From NCBI RefSeq assembly GCF_963921235.1, contig NC_086109.1, forward strand, positions 10,232,001-10,296,000: a DNA stretch of 64,000 bases. The letters are read 5' to 3'. Positions 40,180 to 52,290 of this stretch are shown one piece after another. A model generated the notes under the pieces. That model was not told the origin of the DNA, searched no databases, and was given only the letters and a program-made list of their open reading frames with translations. How positions within the stretch are numbered: position 1 is the first letter of the stretch; the number at the start of each line of letters is the position of its first letter. This DNA is from Mobula hypostoma (taxonomy: Eukaryota). A program made the translations under genes and the position numbers.

Positions 40180-40614
40180 TACACCTTTGTTGTAAGGCGT
40201 GACTATTTGAGTTACTGTTGCCTTCCCGTCAGCTTGAATCAGTCTGGGCATTCTCCTCTGACCTCTCTCATTAACAAGACATTTTCACCCACAGAACTGC
40301 CACTCTGAATGTTTTTTTGATTTATACACCATTCTCTGTAAACTCCAGAGACTATTGTGTATGAAAATGCCAGGGGATTGGCAGTTTCTGAGCTACTCAA
40401 ACCTCCCCGTCTGGCACCAACAAACATTCCATGGTCAAAGCCACTAAGATCACATTTATTCCCCATTCTGGTGTTTGGCCTGAACAGTAACCGAATCTCT
40501 TGACCATGTTTACGTGCTTTTATGCATTGAGATGCTGCCACATGATTGGCTGTTTGGATATTTGCATTAATGAGCAGATGTAGATGTATACCTTAATAAA
40601 GTGGCTACTGAGTG
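40180..40614 (-). mobile_element. Tc1-like element fragment (5' TIR and transposase N-terminus)
   Basis: Minus strand begins TA|CACTCAGTAGCCACTTTATT and encodes MGNKCDLSGFDHGMFVGARRGGLSSSETANPLAFSYTIVSGVYREW. Confidence 0.78.
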
Positions 40615-40661
40615 TAGAATTTTAGAATGTTTATTAGTAAAATAAACAATTTTTTTTACAG

Positions 40662-40723
40662 CTTCCTTTCCCCCTGAACGTGGTCATGGCCAACCTGTGG
40701 CTGTTTGCGCCGCTAGTCAGCAG
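40662..40723 (+). CDS. PM20D1: PM20D1 internal coding exon (62 nt; exon 8 equivalent)
   Basis: Acceptor tttttttacAG|CTT and donor AGC AG|GTAAGT. Encodes LPFPLNVVMANLWLFAPLVS(R). Phase 0-2. Confidence 0.94.
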
Positions 40724-42460
40724 GTAAGTAATAACAACAGAACTGACCTTCTGCTCGATCAGCTTTGTTATGTACAATCACCTAAAGATCCAGAGAACTC
40801 GGCAGGTCAGGCAGCATCTATGGAGAGAAACAAACAATGAACACTTCAGGCTGAGTCACTTCATCAGGATCTGTTAATCTGGATTTACAGCATTTCAAGA
40901 TTCAAATTACTTAATGTCATTTCCTGTACTCAAGCGTAAAGGAGAACAAAATAATTATTGCTTTGGATCCGATGAAGCACAAAATAAAACACAATAAGAT
41001 ATAAAGACACAATAATACTAATTTAAAAACTCAATAACTATAAATACATAAGATATGTTTTTGACTTCTCCCCTTCTACTCCAGTCCTGATGAAGGGTCT
41101 CGGCCCAGAAAGTTGACTGTTTACTCTTTTCCATAGATGCTGCCTGACCTGCTGAGTTCCTCCAGCATTTTATGTGTGTTGCTTTGGATTTCCAGCATCT
41201 GCAGATTTTCTTATATTTGTGACATAAGTTACCTTAAATACATACAGTAGGTTGATTGTATGTCCATAAAGTTATGCTAGGCACCTGAGTGAAAATACGG
41301 TGACCAACAGGAAATGTCCCAGTGGTGATTGGGGCATGTAGGGGTGAATTAGTGGGTGGAGGTGTTGATCAGCCTCACTGCCTGGGGAAACTAACTACCT
41401 TTTGAATCTGGTGGTCCTGACATGCCACGTAGCCTCCTTTCTGATGGAAGCAGGATAAACAACTCAGGATCAGGGTGGGTGGGATCCTTCATGATGTTAC
41501 TGGTCTTTATCCACTGATGTAATTGTGCAACCATTGATTGGTGTAGTTTATCTAAGGAATTTCTCATCTCAATTATAAAGTGGTGGATTTTTCAGAGGCG
41601 CAATCTGTTATCTTTGGCTTCTGATGGCTTTTCATTCATCGTAGCTTCCGTTCTCTGCTCTCTGTTTAATTTTTGGTATTTGTATACCTGTCTGTACTTT
41701 AAAATAAATGATCGTTAAGACTTCTTGACTCCTGGAAGAACCCTAAAGATAAGAAAATAAACACAGATCCAACCACAGATTGTGCACAGTTCTAGTCACC
41801 AGACTGCAGAATAGATAAGATCTCACTACGACTGTAGAGAGGAAATTTATAAGGGTATTGTCAGAACCAGGATGATGTTGCCAACAGGGAAGATTTGGGG
41901 TTATTTTATTTGGACCTGAGGAGGTTGAGGGGGAGTTAATTGAGATGTTTAAAATTATGGGGGGGGTGGTTCTGGACAGATTAGGGGAGTCCAAAAGTAG
42001 GGGGCATAGATTCAGGGTGACAAAGGAAAGATCTAAATTTTTTTCATGCAGAGAATGGTAAGTATATGGATCGAGCTGTCAGAGGAAGTGGTTGAAGGGG
42101 TACAAAAGTATCATTGAAGAAGCACTCGGATGGTACATGGCCAGACGGGGCTTAGAGGGATGTGGACTGAAGGCAGGAAATTGGGACTAGCTGAATGGGT
42201 ACGTTGGTTGGCATGAATGGGTTGGGCCAAAGGGCCTGTATTTGTGTTGAAATGCTCTCTGACTCTTAACAGGTAATTGGATGTGTTTAAGACAGAGATT
42301 GATAGGTCTTTGACTGGTAAGCAAGTTAAAGGTACAGGGATAAAGTTGGAGAATGGGGTTAGGGAACAAAAATGAACCAGGATTGGATGGCAGAGCAAAC
42401 TCAATGGGCTGAATGGCCTAATTCTGCTCCTATACCTTATAATCGTATGTTTCCTTTTAG

Positions 42461-42539
42461 GATTATGGAAAAGAAACCATCAACGAACAGTCTTGTGAGG
42501 ACAACTACTGCAGTAACAGAGTTTCACGCTGGAATTAAG
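42461..42539 (+). CDS. PM20D1: PM20D1 internal coding exon (79 nt; exon 9 equivalent)
   Basis: Acceptor ttccttttAG|G and donor AAG|GTAAAA. Encodes IMEKKPSTNSLVRTTTAVTEFHAGIK with the RTTTA motif. Phase 2-0. Confidence 0.94.
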
Positions 42540-43177
42540 GTAAAAGGTTAATAACTTTGCCTCAGGATTAGACATTGTTTTTGGTACCTGCAGTGAATGG
42601 AGAGGTGATAGTCAGGTGAGCAGAGGCAAGAGGCCAGAGTGCAGAATAGAAGAGGGGAGTGGGAAAGGAATTTATTTTTACCGGAAGGAGAAATCGATAT
42701 TCATGCCGTCGGGTTGGAGGTTACCCAGATTAAACATAAGATGTTGCGGGTGGCCTCATCTTGGCACAACGGGAGGCCACGGACCGACATGTTGGAACAG
42801 GAATGGGAATTAAAATGTTTGGCCAACATGAGGTTCCACTTTTGGCAGATGTAATGGAGGTGCTCGATGCAGCGGTCCCCCCGTTTTTCTTCCAGGTGAG
42901 TGAACACTTCACCTGCGAGTCGGCTGAAGTTGTCTATCGTCTCCAGTGATCCCGATGCAGCCTCCTCCCGATGAGACCTGTGGTAAATCGGGGGACCGCT
43001 TCATCGAGCAATGCCAGCTGTATGATCAGTGTTTGCTTCCTGTCGCTGTCTATAAGGAGTCTGCACGTTCTCCCCGTGATTGCATGGGTTTACTCCGGGT
43101 TTTCTCCCATATTCCAAAGACGTACAGGTTAGTAGGCTAATTGGAAACGTGGGAGTAATTGGACAGTGAGAGCCTCT

Positions 43178-43742
43178 TACTTTACTTTATACTTTATACT
43201 TTATTGTTGCCAAACAATTGATACTAGAACGTACAATCATCACAGCGATATTTGATTCTGCGCCTCCCGCTCCCTGGATTACAAATCGATAGTAAATATT
43301 AAAAATCTAAATTATAAATCATAAATAGAAAATAGAAAAATGGGAAGTAAGGTAGTGCAAAAAAACCGAGAGGCAAGTCCGGATATTTGGAGGGTACGGC
43401 CCAGATCCGGGTCAAGATCTGTTCAGCAGTCTTATCACAGATGGAAAGAAGCTGTTCCCAAATCTGGCCATATGAGTCTTCAAGCTCCTGAGCCTTCTCC
43501 CAGAGGGAAGAGGGACGAAAAGTGTGTTGGCTGGGTGGGTCGTGTTCTTGATTATCCTGGCAGCACTGCTCCGACAGCGTGCGGTGTAAAGTGAGTCCAA
43601 GGACGGAAGATCGGTTTGTGTGATGTGCTGCGCCGTGTTCACGATCTTCTGCAGCTTCTTCCGGTCTTGGACAGGACAACTTCCATACCAGGTAGCAATG
43701 CACCCTAGAAGAATGCTTTCTACAGTGCATCTGTAAAAATTA
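43178..43742 (-). mobile_element. LINE 3' fragment (Rex1-like) with a short tandem tail
   Basis: ORF 43412..43642 (LDSLYTARCRSSAARIIKNTTHPANTLFVPLPSGRRLRSL...SFFPSVIRLLN) and a tactt/tacttta repeat tail. Confidence 0.7.
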
Positions 43743-45876
43743 ATGTTACCATGCTATATCTCTAAAGATAGTTGCAGAGAGACATGGAGTCGGTCATGTA
43801 AATGTACCGACTGAATGCTCAGTTCCAGCCCCTCTCTCCAAGTGAACAGCTGTGTTAATTTTACTTTTCAACATTAGTTCCATTTCATTCAAAGTTATTT
43901 TGCAGTATGATTATACTCACTGAATTCACTTGGACTTGACCCCAACCCAAGCCAATCCAAAAGGCAGTCATAAACATGGTGGGTTTGAAAGGAATTCAAA
44001 ATAGCTACGTCAAAAAAAAAATCATATGTTCTTTATTCAGTGTACTCTTGCTGATTTAACTGCTGCCACGTGGCATGGGCTGGATAAATGTGTATCCCCA
44101 AGAGAATGGGATTTTCTGGCAAGGACATCCTCTCGAGAAAGACCCATAACGTCTGGAAATTCAACTCAGTCAAACTGAAACTAAGATGTAGCCATGAGGA
44201 GAGCCCAATTTCAGACCAGGGCAAAGTGTGCTGAAAGGGTCACACAACATGTTCAGTTCAGCTCATTTTGGGATGGATTTTCAGGCAATGGTTGACAGAG
44301 CTACAGAGTCATACAGCACAGAAAAAGGGCCTTCGGCCCAACCAATCTTTAATAGAGTGGATATGGAGAGGATGTTTCCCATCGTGGGAAAGTCTAATAC
44401 CAGAGGACACGGAATAGAGGGGCATCCATTTAGAACAGAGATGAAGAGGAATTTCTTCAGCCAGAGAGTGGTGCATCTGTGGAATTTGTTGCCACAGGTG
44501 GCTGTGGAGGCTAAGTTTTTAGCTATACTTAGGACAGAGGTTGATAGGATATTGATTATTCTGGGCATGAAGGGATACAGGGAGAAGGCGGGAGACTGGG
44601 GCTGAGATGGAAAATGGATCAGCCTTGATGAAATAGCAGAGATGACTCGATGGGCCAAATGGCCTAATCCTGTTCCTATATCTTATGGTCTGATGATCAA
44701 TCAATGCCATCCGAGATGCTCATCCTTCAAAACCTTTCCTATCCATATATCTGTCCAAATGTCTTTTAAATGCTGCTATTATGCCTATTATACCTCAACC
44801 ACTTCTTCTAGCAGCTTCCTCCATATACAGACCACCCTCTGTATGAAGACGTCTCCTCTTAGATCCCTTCTTAATCTTCTCCTCTCAATCTTAAAGAAAA
44901 TTTGTCTTCTCCATGGGGAAAGAGACTGTGCAGCCATACCCCGCATGATTTTATGTACCTCTATAAGGTCACAGTCCAAGGAATAAGGATTGAATCTGGC
45001 CAGCCTCTCCCTATAACTTGGGTCCTCGCGTCCCGCAAACATTTCTGTAAATCTTCTTTGTACTCTTTTCAGTTTAGTGACACCTTTCCTGTAACAGGAC
45101 GGCTGAAACTGTGCACAATACTTCAGCTGTAGCCTCACCAACATTGTGAGCAACTGCAGCTGGAAAATGTTCCTATTTTTACAGGAGGCAGGGGGATGAG
45201 GATGGCAAGGATGATCTTGACTTTATTTTATTGAAATATGGTGCAGAGTAGACCCTTCCGGCCCTTTTGAGTTTCACTGCCCACCCCCGATTTAACCCTG
45301 ACCTAATCACGGAACAATTTACAATACTGTACTAATTATTCTGCCAACTGGTACGTCTTTGGACTGTGGGAGCACCCGGAGGAAACCCACGTTGCCACAG
45401 GGAGAACGTACAAATTCCTGACAGTCAGTGATGGGAATTGAAGCCGGGTCGCTGGTGCTGTAAAGCATTGTGCTAACCATTATGCTGCTGTGCTGCCCAC
45501 TTTCTAGGGCTTTGCACAGGTACAAAGCAAACTGATGAACCAGCCAGACAATAAATTAGTTTTTTCTGGTTTCAGATTTAGATTAGTTTATTGTCAGACA
45601 GACCACAGAGCAATGGAATTCCTTACTCAGTTAAAGCTGACAGAATAAACAGTCTACAACATGTATTTGTAAATACATCTATAAATACAGTGAGCACAAA
45701 ACAACAGTGTTGGTATAATAACAGTGTAATCTGAAGTGGTGCAAACAGAAAGGTTAAAGAGACAATCATGGAATAACTGAGAGAGGTACAGTAGAATTAA
45801 GAGCCCGAGAACATGGCAGCACCACCAGGAAGTGATTCAATGATTCAAGATTCAAAATGAATTTATTATCGAAGTA

Positions 45877-48685
45877 CCATGCCTATAAAAATTATACCCC
45901 CCCCCCCCAGAAGATTTCACGTTTTGTTGTTTTACAACATTGAATCACAGTGGATTTAATTTGGTGTTTTTGACACTGACCCACAGAAAAAGACTCTTTC
46001 ATGTCAAAGTGAAAACAGATCTCTACAAAGTCATCTAAATTAATTACAAATATCAAACACTGATTGCATCAGTATTTACCCCCTTTAATATGATGCACCA
46101 AACCATCATTGGTGTAGCCAATCGCTTTTACAAGTCACATAATTAGTTAAATGGAGATCACTGTGTGCAGTCAGGGTGTTTCAATTGATTGTAGTAAAAG
46201 TACATCTGTATCTGGAAGGTCCAACTGTTGGTGAGTCAGTATCCTGGCAGACAAAAGAACATTCCTAGCAGCTCTGTGAAAAGGTTATTGAAAAGCACAA
46301 ATCAGGAGATGGATACAAGAAAAATTTCAAGTCGCCGAATATCCCCTGGTGTACAGTTAAGTCATAGTCATAATCATACTTTATTGATCCCAGGGGAAAT
46401 TGGTTTTCGTTACAGTTGCACCATAAATAATAAATAGTAATAGAACTATAAATAGTTAAATAGTAATATGTAAATTATGCCAGTAAATTATGAAATAAAT
46501 CCAGGACCAGCCTATTGGCTCAGGGTGTCTGACCCTCCAAGGGAGGAGTTGTAAAGTTTGATGGCCACAGGCAGGAATGACTTCCTATGACGCTCTGTGC
46601 TGCATCTCGGTGGAATGAGTCTCTGGCTGAATGTACTCCTGTGCCCAACCAGTACATTATGTAGTGGATGGGAGACATTGTCCAAGATGGCATGCAACTT
46701 GGACAGCATCCTCTTTTCAGACACCACCGTCGGAGAGTCCAGTTCCATCCGCACAACATCACTGGCCTTACGAATGAGTTTGTTGATTCTGTTGGTGTCT
46801 GCTACCCTCAGCCTGCTGCCCCAGCACACAACAGCAAACATGATAGCACTGGCCACCACAGACTCGTAGAACATCCTCAGCATTGTCCGGCAGATGTTAA
46901 AGGATCTCAGTCTCCTCAGGAAATAGAGACGGCTCTGACCCTTGTTGTAGACAGCCTCAGTGTTCTTAGACCAGTCCAGTTTATTGTCAACTCATATCCG
47001 CAGGTATTTGTAATCCTCCACCACGTCCACACTGACCCCCTGGATGGAAACAGGGGTCACCGGTACCTTAGCTCTCCTCAGGTCTACCACCAGCTCCTTA
47101 GTCTTTTTCACATTAAGCTGCAGATAATTCCGCTCACACCATGTGACAAAGTTTCCTACCGTAGCCCTGTACTCAGCCTCATCTCCCTTGCTGATGCATC
47201 CAACTATGGCAGAGTTATTGGAAAACTTCTGAAGATGACAAGACTCTGTGCAGTAGTTGAAGTCCAAGGTGTAAATGGTGAAGAGAAAGGGAGAAAGACA
47301 GTCCCCTGTGGAGCCCCAGTGCTGCTGATCACTCTGTCGGACACACAGTGTTGCAAGCACACGTACTGTGGTCTGCCAGTCAGGTAGTCAAGAATCCATG
47401 AACCAGGGAAGCATCCACCTGCATCACTGTCAGCTTCTCCCCCAGCAGAGCAGGGCGGATGGTGTTGAACGCACTGGAGAAGTAAAATAACATGACCCTC
47501 ACAGTGCTCACTGGCTTGTCCAGGTGGGTGTAGACACGGTTCAGCAGGTAGTCGATGGCATCCTCAACTCCTAGTCGGGGCTGTCATCAAGAAATGGAAA
47601 GAATATGGCACCGCTGTAAATCTGTCTAGAGCAGGCCGTCCTCAAAACAGAGTGAGTGTGCAAGAAGGGGATAAGTGAGGGAGGCCACCAAGAGACCTAT
47701 GACAACTCTGGAGGAGTTACAAGCTTCAGTGGCCGAGATGGAAGAGACTGCGCATACAACACCTGTTGCCCAGGTGATTCACCAGTCACAACTTTATGGG
47801 AGAGTGGGAAAAAAAGCCATTATTGAAAAATATTCACATGAAATCTTGGCTAGAATATGCCAGAAGACACATGGGAGACTCTGAGATCAGCTGGAAGAAG
47901 GTTCTATGGTCTGATGAAACCAAAATTGAGCTTTTTGGCCATCAGACTAAACACTGTTTGGCGAAAGGTGAACACCACACATCGTCAAAAACACACTATC
48001 CTTAATATGAAGCATGGCAGTGGCTGCATTATGCTGTAATAATGCTTCACTGCAGCAGGCCCTGGAAAGCTTGTAAGGTAGAGGGTAAAATGAATGCAGC
48101 AAAGTACAGGGAAATCCTGGAGGAAAACCTAATGCAGCCTGCAAGAGAACTGTGACTTGGGAGAAATTTGTTATCGAGCAAGACAAAGATCCCAAGCATA
48201 AAGCCAAAGCTAAACAGAAATGGTTCAAAAGCAACAAAGCTAATGTTCTGGAGTGGCCAAGTCAGACTTCAGACCTCAATCCAATTGAGAGTTTATAGCT
48301 GGACTTGAAAAGGGCTCATGATCCCCATGCAATCTGACAGAGCTTGAGCAGTTTGGTAAGGAGGAATGGGGGAAAAGTTACATTGTCCAGATGTGAAAAG
48401 CTGATACAGACCTATCCACACAGACTCAAGACTGTAATTACTGCAAAAAGTGCATTTACTACATACTTAATTGAAGGAGGTGAATATATATACAATCAAT
48501 TATTTTGTGTTTTATATTTATGATAAATTTAGATCACTTTGTAGAGATCTGTTTTCACTTTGACATGAGTCTTTTCTGTTAATCTGTGTCAAATAAAGCC
48601 AAATTAAATCCACTGTGATTCAATGTTGTAAAACAAGAAACTATGAAAATTTTCAAGGGGGGGTGAATACTCCTAATAGGCACCA
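45877..48685 (+). mobile_element. Full-length degenerate Tc1-family transposon with long (~210 bp) inverted terminal repeats
   Basis: Left TIR ~45877-46088 is the reverse complement of ~48470-48685. Transposase remnants: KVIEKHKSGDGYKKIS, VIKKWKEYG...GRP, WKKVLWSDETKIELFG, KHGSGCIML, QDKDPKH, WPSQTSDLNPIE. Confidence 0.9.
46365..47582 (-). mobile_element. Rex1/Babar-clade LINE copy nested in a Tc1 transposase
   Basis: Near-identical to 21703-22739 in reverse orientation; RT remnants in ORFs 46992..47360 and 46512..46883. Confidence 0.85.
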
Positions 48686-50253
48686 AATGCATGTAGTATA
48701 CAACCCTGAGATTCGCTTTCCCACAGACAGCCACAAAGCAAAGAAAAACCCTGGAACCTCTTCCAAAAAAAAAATCAAATCCCCAACGCCCAAAAAATAA
48801 GAACACATTGTGCAAACAGCAAAAGACGAGTGAAAACACCATATAAAACATCAAACCGCAGAGTCGTGGAAACAGTCGAGGAATGTTCAGTTCAGTTCAA
48901 TTTAGCAGTGTGAAAGAGGTGACTGGTTCAGGAGTCTGCTGCAGTGGAGGAAAAGCTATTCCTGAGTCTGGTCATCTGTGCTTTCAAGCTCCTGTATCTC
49001 CTAGAAGAGAGAAAAGGAAATGGTCATGTTTTTGTGCATTTCTTTGCTTAAAGTTGATTTCAAAGGCAAATTACGGTATGACTATCAGAAAGAGTGTTTA
49101 GATTTAGATTCAGATTTATTTACCACAAGTACATCAAACAGTGAAACATGTTGATTGCGTTAACAACCAGCACGATCTAAGGATCTGCTGGGTGCAGTTT
49201 GCAAGAGGCACCATTCCAGCAACAACATAATATGCTTACAATGTTCAGCAGAACAGCACACAACCAACATACAACAAGCAAAAACAACAACACAAAAACA
49301 GCAATTCAAGCCTTTTCCCCCCCATCCCACCCACACTTACTATCAGGCCTCACGGTCTCCATCCCCAGAACAGGCTGCCTCCAGGCCTCTGACCTCCAGT
49401 CCTTGGCTCTAGCCCCAGACTTGCAACTCTCAGGCAATGGGCCTCTGGCCACCAATGTGAAGTTCTCTTTGAGGTTCTGTGTGGCTTCTGTTGTTACACT
49501 GGAAATCTCTGAATTGTGTTTCTTGCCTTGCCGGCTTTCTGGCCTAAGACTCCATTACAGAACTCCTCTGAGAAAGCCAGGGTGAAATTGAATAGGGGAA
49601 ACAAAACTGCAGATTCTAGAAACCTGAAACAAAATCTGAATGTGCTGGAAATACTGAGCAGAGTGATTAGCATCTCCAGAGAGAGAAAAAATGTAATTAA
49701 TGATCAGGCCAATGATCAGACCTGGCATCAGAAATGAAAAGGAAACTTGAGGCAAATAGTGGGAATAAGGGGAGCCTTTTCTTTTTGGCTACCTGTAACT
49801 AGTGGTGTTCACAGGGGTTCTGTGTTGGGACCGATTCTTTTTATGCTGTATGTCAATGATCTGGGTGGTGGAATTGATGGCTTTGTTGCAAAGTTTGCAT
49901 ATGATATGAAGATAGATGGAGGGGCAGGAGGTTTGAGGAAGTAGAGAGGCTACAGAAGGACTTAGATTAGGCAGAGAAATGACAGATGGAATACAGTGTA
50001 GAGAAATGTATGGTCATGCACTTATGTAGAAGAAAAGAAAGGGTTGACTATTTTCTAAATGAAGAGGAAATACAAAAAAGCTGAGGTGCAAAGGGACTTG
50101 GCAGTCCTTGTGCAAGATTCCCTAAAGGTTAATTTGCAAGTTGAATCTGTAGTGAGGAAGCCAAATGTGGTATTAGCATTCATTTCAAGAGATCTAGAAT
50201 ATAAAAGGAAGGATGCAATGTTGAGAATTTATTAAGCCTCACTTGGAGTACTG

Positions 50254-50823
50254 CAGACATCCCACCTCTCCCAGAAGTTCCGTGAGTCTCCCGCATATTA
50301 ATAGAGGCTCCCTGATGCCTGCAAATTATATACAATATCACGGAAATCAATTTTTTTGAGAGCGAGCAAGAGAAAGCAAGAGAGAGCGCGAGAGCGACCA
50401 TGAGAAAGAGCGCGCGCGAGAGAGAGAGCGAGAGAGAAAGCAAGCGGGAGAGGGAGAGAGAGCGAGAGAGCAAGAGAGGGAGAGAGAGAGCAAAAGCGCG
50501 CCATGGCAGAGTGTTCCAAAAAAAGAAAATATAAAACGTACGTCACCCCAGACTACACTAAAGTGTACCCCTGCCTAATAAGGGTTAAAATAATGACAGT
50601 GTTGCTCGCTGCACTGTTTGCAACAGTGACTTTTCTATTGCCCATGGTGGGTTAAGACTGTAAGAGACATGTTGAGGTGAGTTTAACAGGTGTCATTTGT
50701 TCATTAGCATAGCTAAGGAGCTACTCTACTGCAGACATCCCACCTCTCCCGGAAGTTCCTGGAGTCTCCCGCAAATTGATGGTGCTACCTCCCTGAATGA
50801 GATTTTGCAGGGTGGGATGTCTG
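50254..50823 (+). mobile_element. Non-autonomous hAT-like DNA transposon, copy 1 (570 bp)
   Basis: TIR CAGACATCCCACC / GGTGGGATGTCTG, 6-bp TSD gtactg, and a frameshifted Zn-finger exon (CTVCNSDFSIAHGG..DCKRHVE|gtgagt). Confidence 0.8.
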
Positions 50824-50850
50824 GTACTGTGAGTAGTTTTGGGCCTCCTA

Positions 50851-51423
50851 CAGACACCCCACCTCTCCCGGAACTTCCGGGAGTCTCCCGCATATTAATA
50901 GTGGCTCCCTGATGCCCGCAATTTATATACAATATCACAGAAATCAATTTTTTTGAGAGCGAGCGAGAGAAAAGCAAGAGAGAGCGCGAGAGCGACCATG
51001 AGAAAGAGCGCACGCGAGAGAGAGAGCGAGAGAGAAAGCAAGCGAGAGAGGGAGAGAGAGCGAGAGAGGGAGAGAGAGAGCGCGCCATGGCAGTGTTCCA
51101 AAAAATATATAAAACGTACGTCACCCCAGACTACACTAAAGTGTACCCCTGCCTAATAGGGGTCAAAATAATGACAGTTTTGCTCGCTGCACTGTTTGCA
51201 ACAGTGACTTTTCTATTGCCCATGGTGGGTTAAGACTGTAAAAGACATGTTGAGGTGAGTTTAACAGGTGCCATTCGTTCATTAGCATAGCTAATGTTAT
51301 TTAAACTAGCTGGCTAGCTGCTAAGGAGCTACTCTATTGCAGACATCCCACCTCTCCCGGAAGTCTCCCGCAAATTGATGATGCTACCTTCCTGAAGTGA
51401 GTTGTTGCAGGGTGGGATGTCTG
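50851..51423 (+). mobile_element. Non-autonomous hAT-like DNA transposon, copy 2 (573 bp)
   Basis: Same TIRs and body as copy 1, with its own TSD ctccta / ctctta. Confidence 0.8.
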
Positions 51424-52290
51424 CTCTTATCTTAGAAAGGTTCTGCTGAAACTGCAGAAGTTCGAAAGGAGGTTCATGAAAATGATTCCAGGATTGAATG
51501 GCTTGTCATATGAATAGTGTTTGATGGTTCTGGGCCTGTATTCACTGGAATTGAGAAGAATGAGGGGTGACCTCATTGAAACTTACCAAATAGTGAAAGG
51601 CCTTGACAGAGTGGATGTGGAGAGGATGTTTTCTTTTGAGGCAAGCATTCAGTCCATGACGACAGACAAGAAGGGCTCAGTTAACTCGACAGCCATATTA
51701 CTACGACAAACACAAAAACAGACCGGGTGCTATGTCCCGGGGCGAGAACCCACTCAATTACATACAGGCAAGGGGGAAGTGATTATTACACACCCCAGTA
51801 ACAGTCAGGGTGACCCACACACACACAAGTGAATAACACTGTATAACCCAAGCTAAACTGTAACATTGAATGAACTTGAACATCTCACCATAATCCCACA
51901 AATGCATTTTAAAAGAAGAACAATAAATAGAAATGCTGTCAACCGTGCCCACCTCCCGCCAGAGTCCCACACTGCCCCCACCTGAGGGGTCAGCCATCCC
52001 CAGCAACATCAGAATTCACAACAAGGTCCAAAAGTCTCGGTGGTGGTTGACACCACCTTCTGTGGAGCTGTGGGGTTCCTGTAGCCCCACCTCACCCATG
52101 GGATGCAATGTTTTATGCGGCAAGAGGCAGGGTACCCAGAGAGACTTTTCCTTCCTTCAGCTCACTGGGCCGGTGGTCTTTGGGGGCGGGTCCCGGCACT
52201 GCTCAGGCACCCGTATCCGATATACCACATTATGATGCGGTTGAGCACATCTCCCGGCCCCTTCCAGCGGCTTCCAAGTGTGGGAGATAG

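Noticed and set aside
50254..51423. Simple tandem duplication or assembly duplication
   Set aside because: The copies differ by indels, each has its own TSD, and the 27-bp spacer is unique host CR1 sequence.
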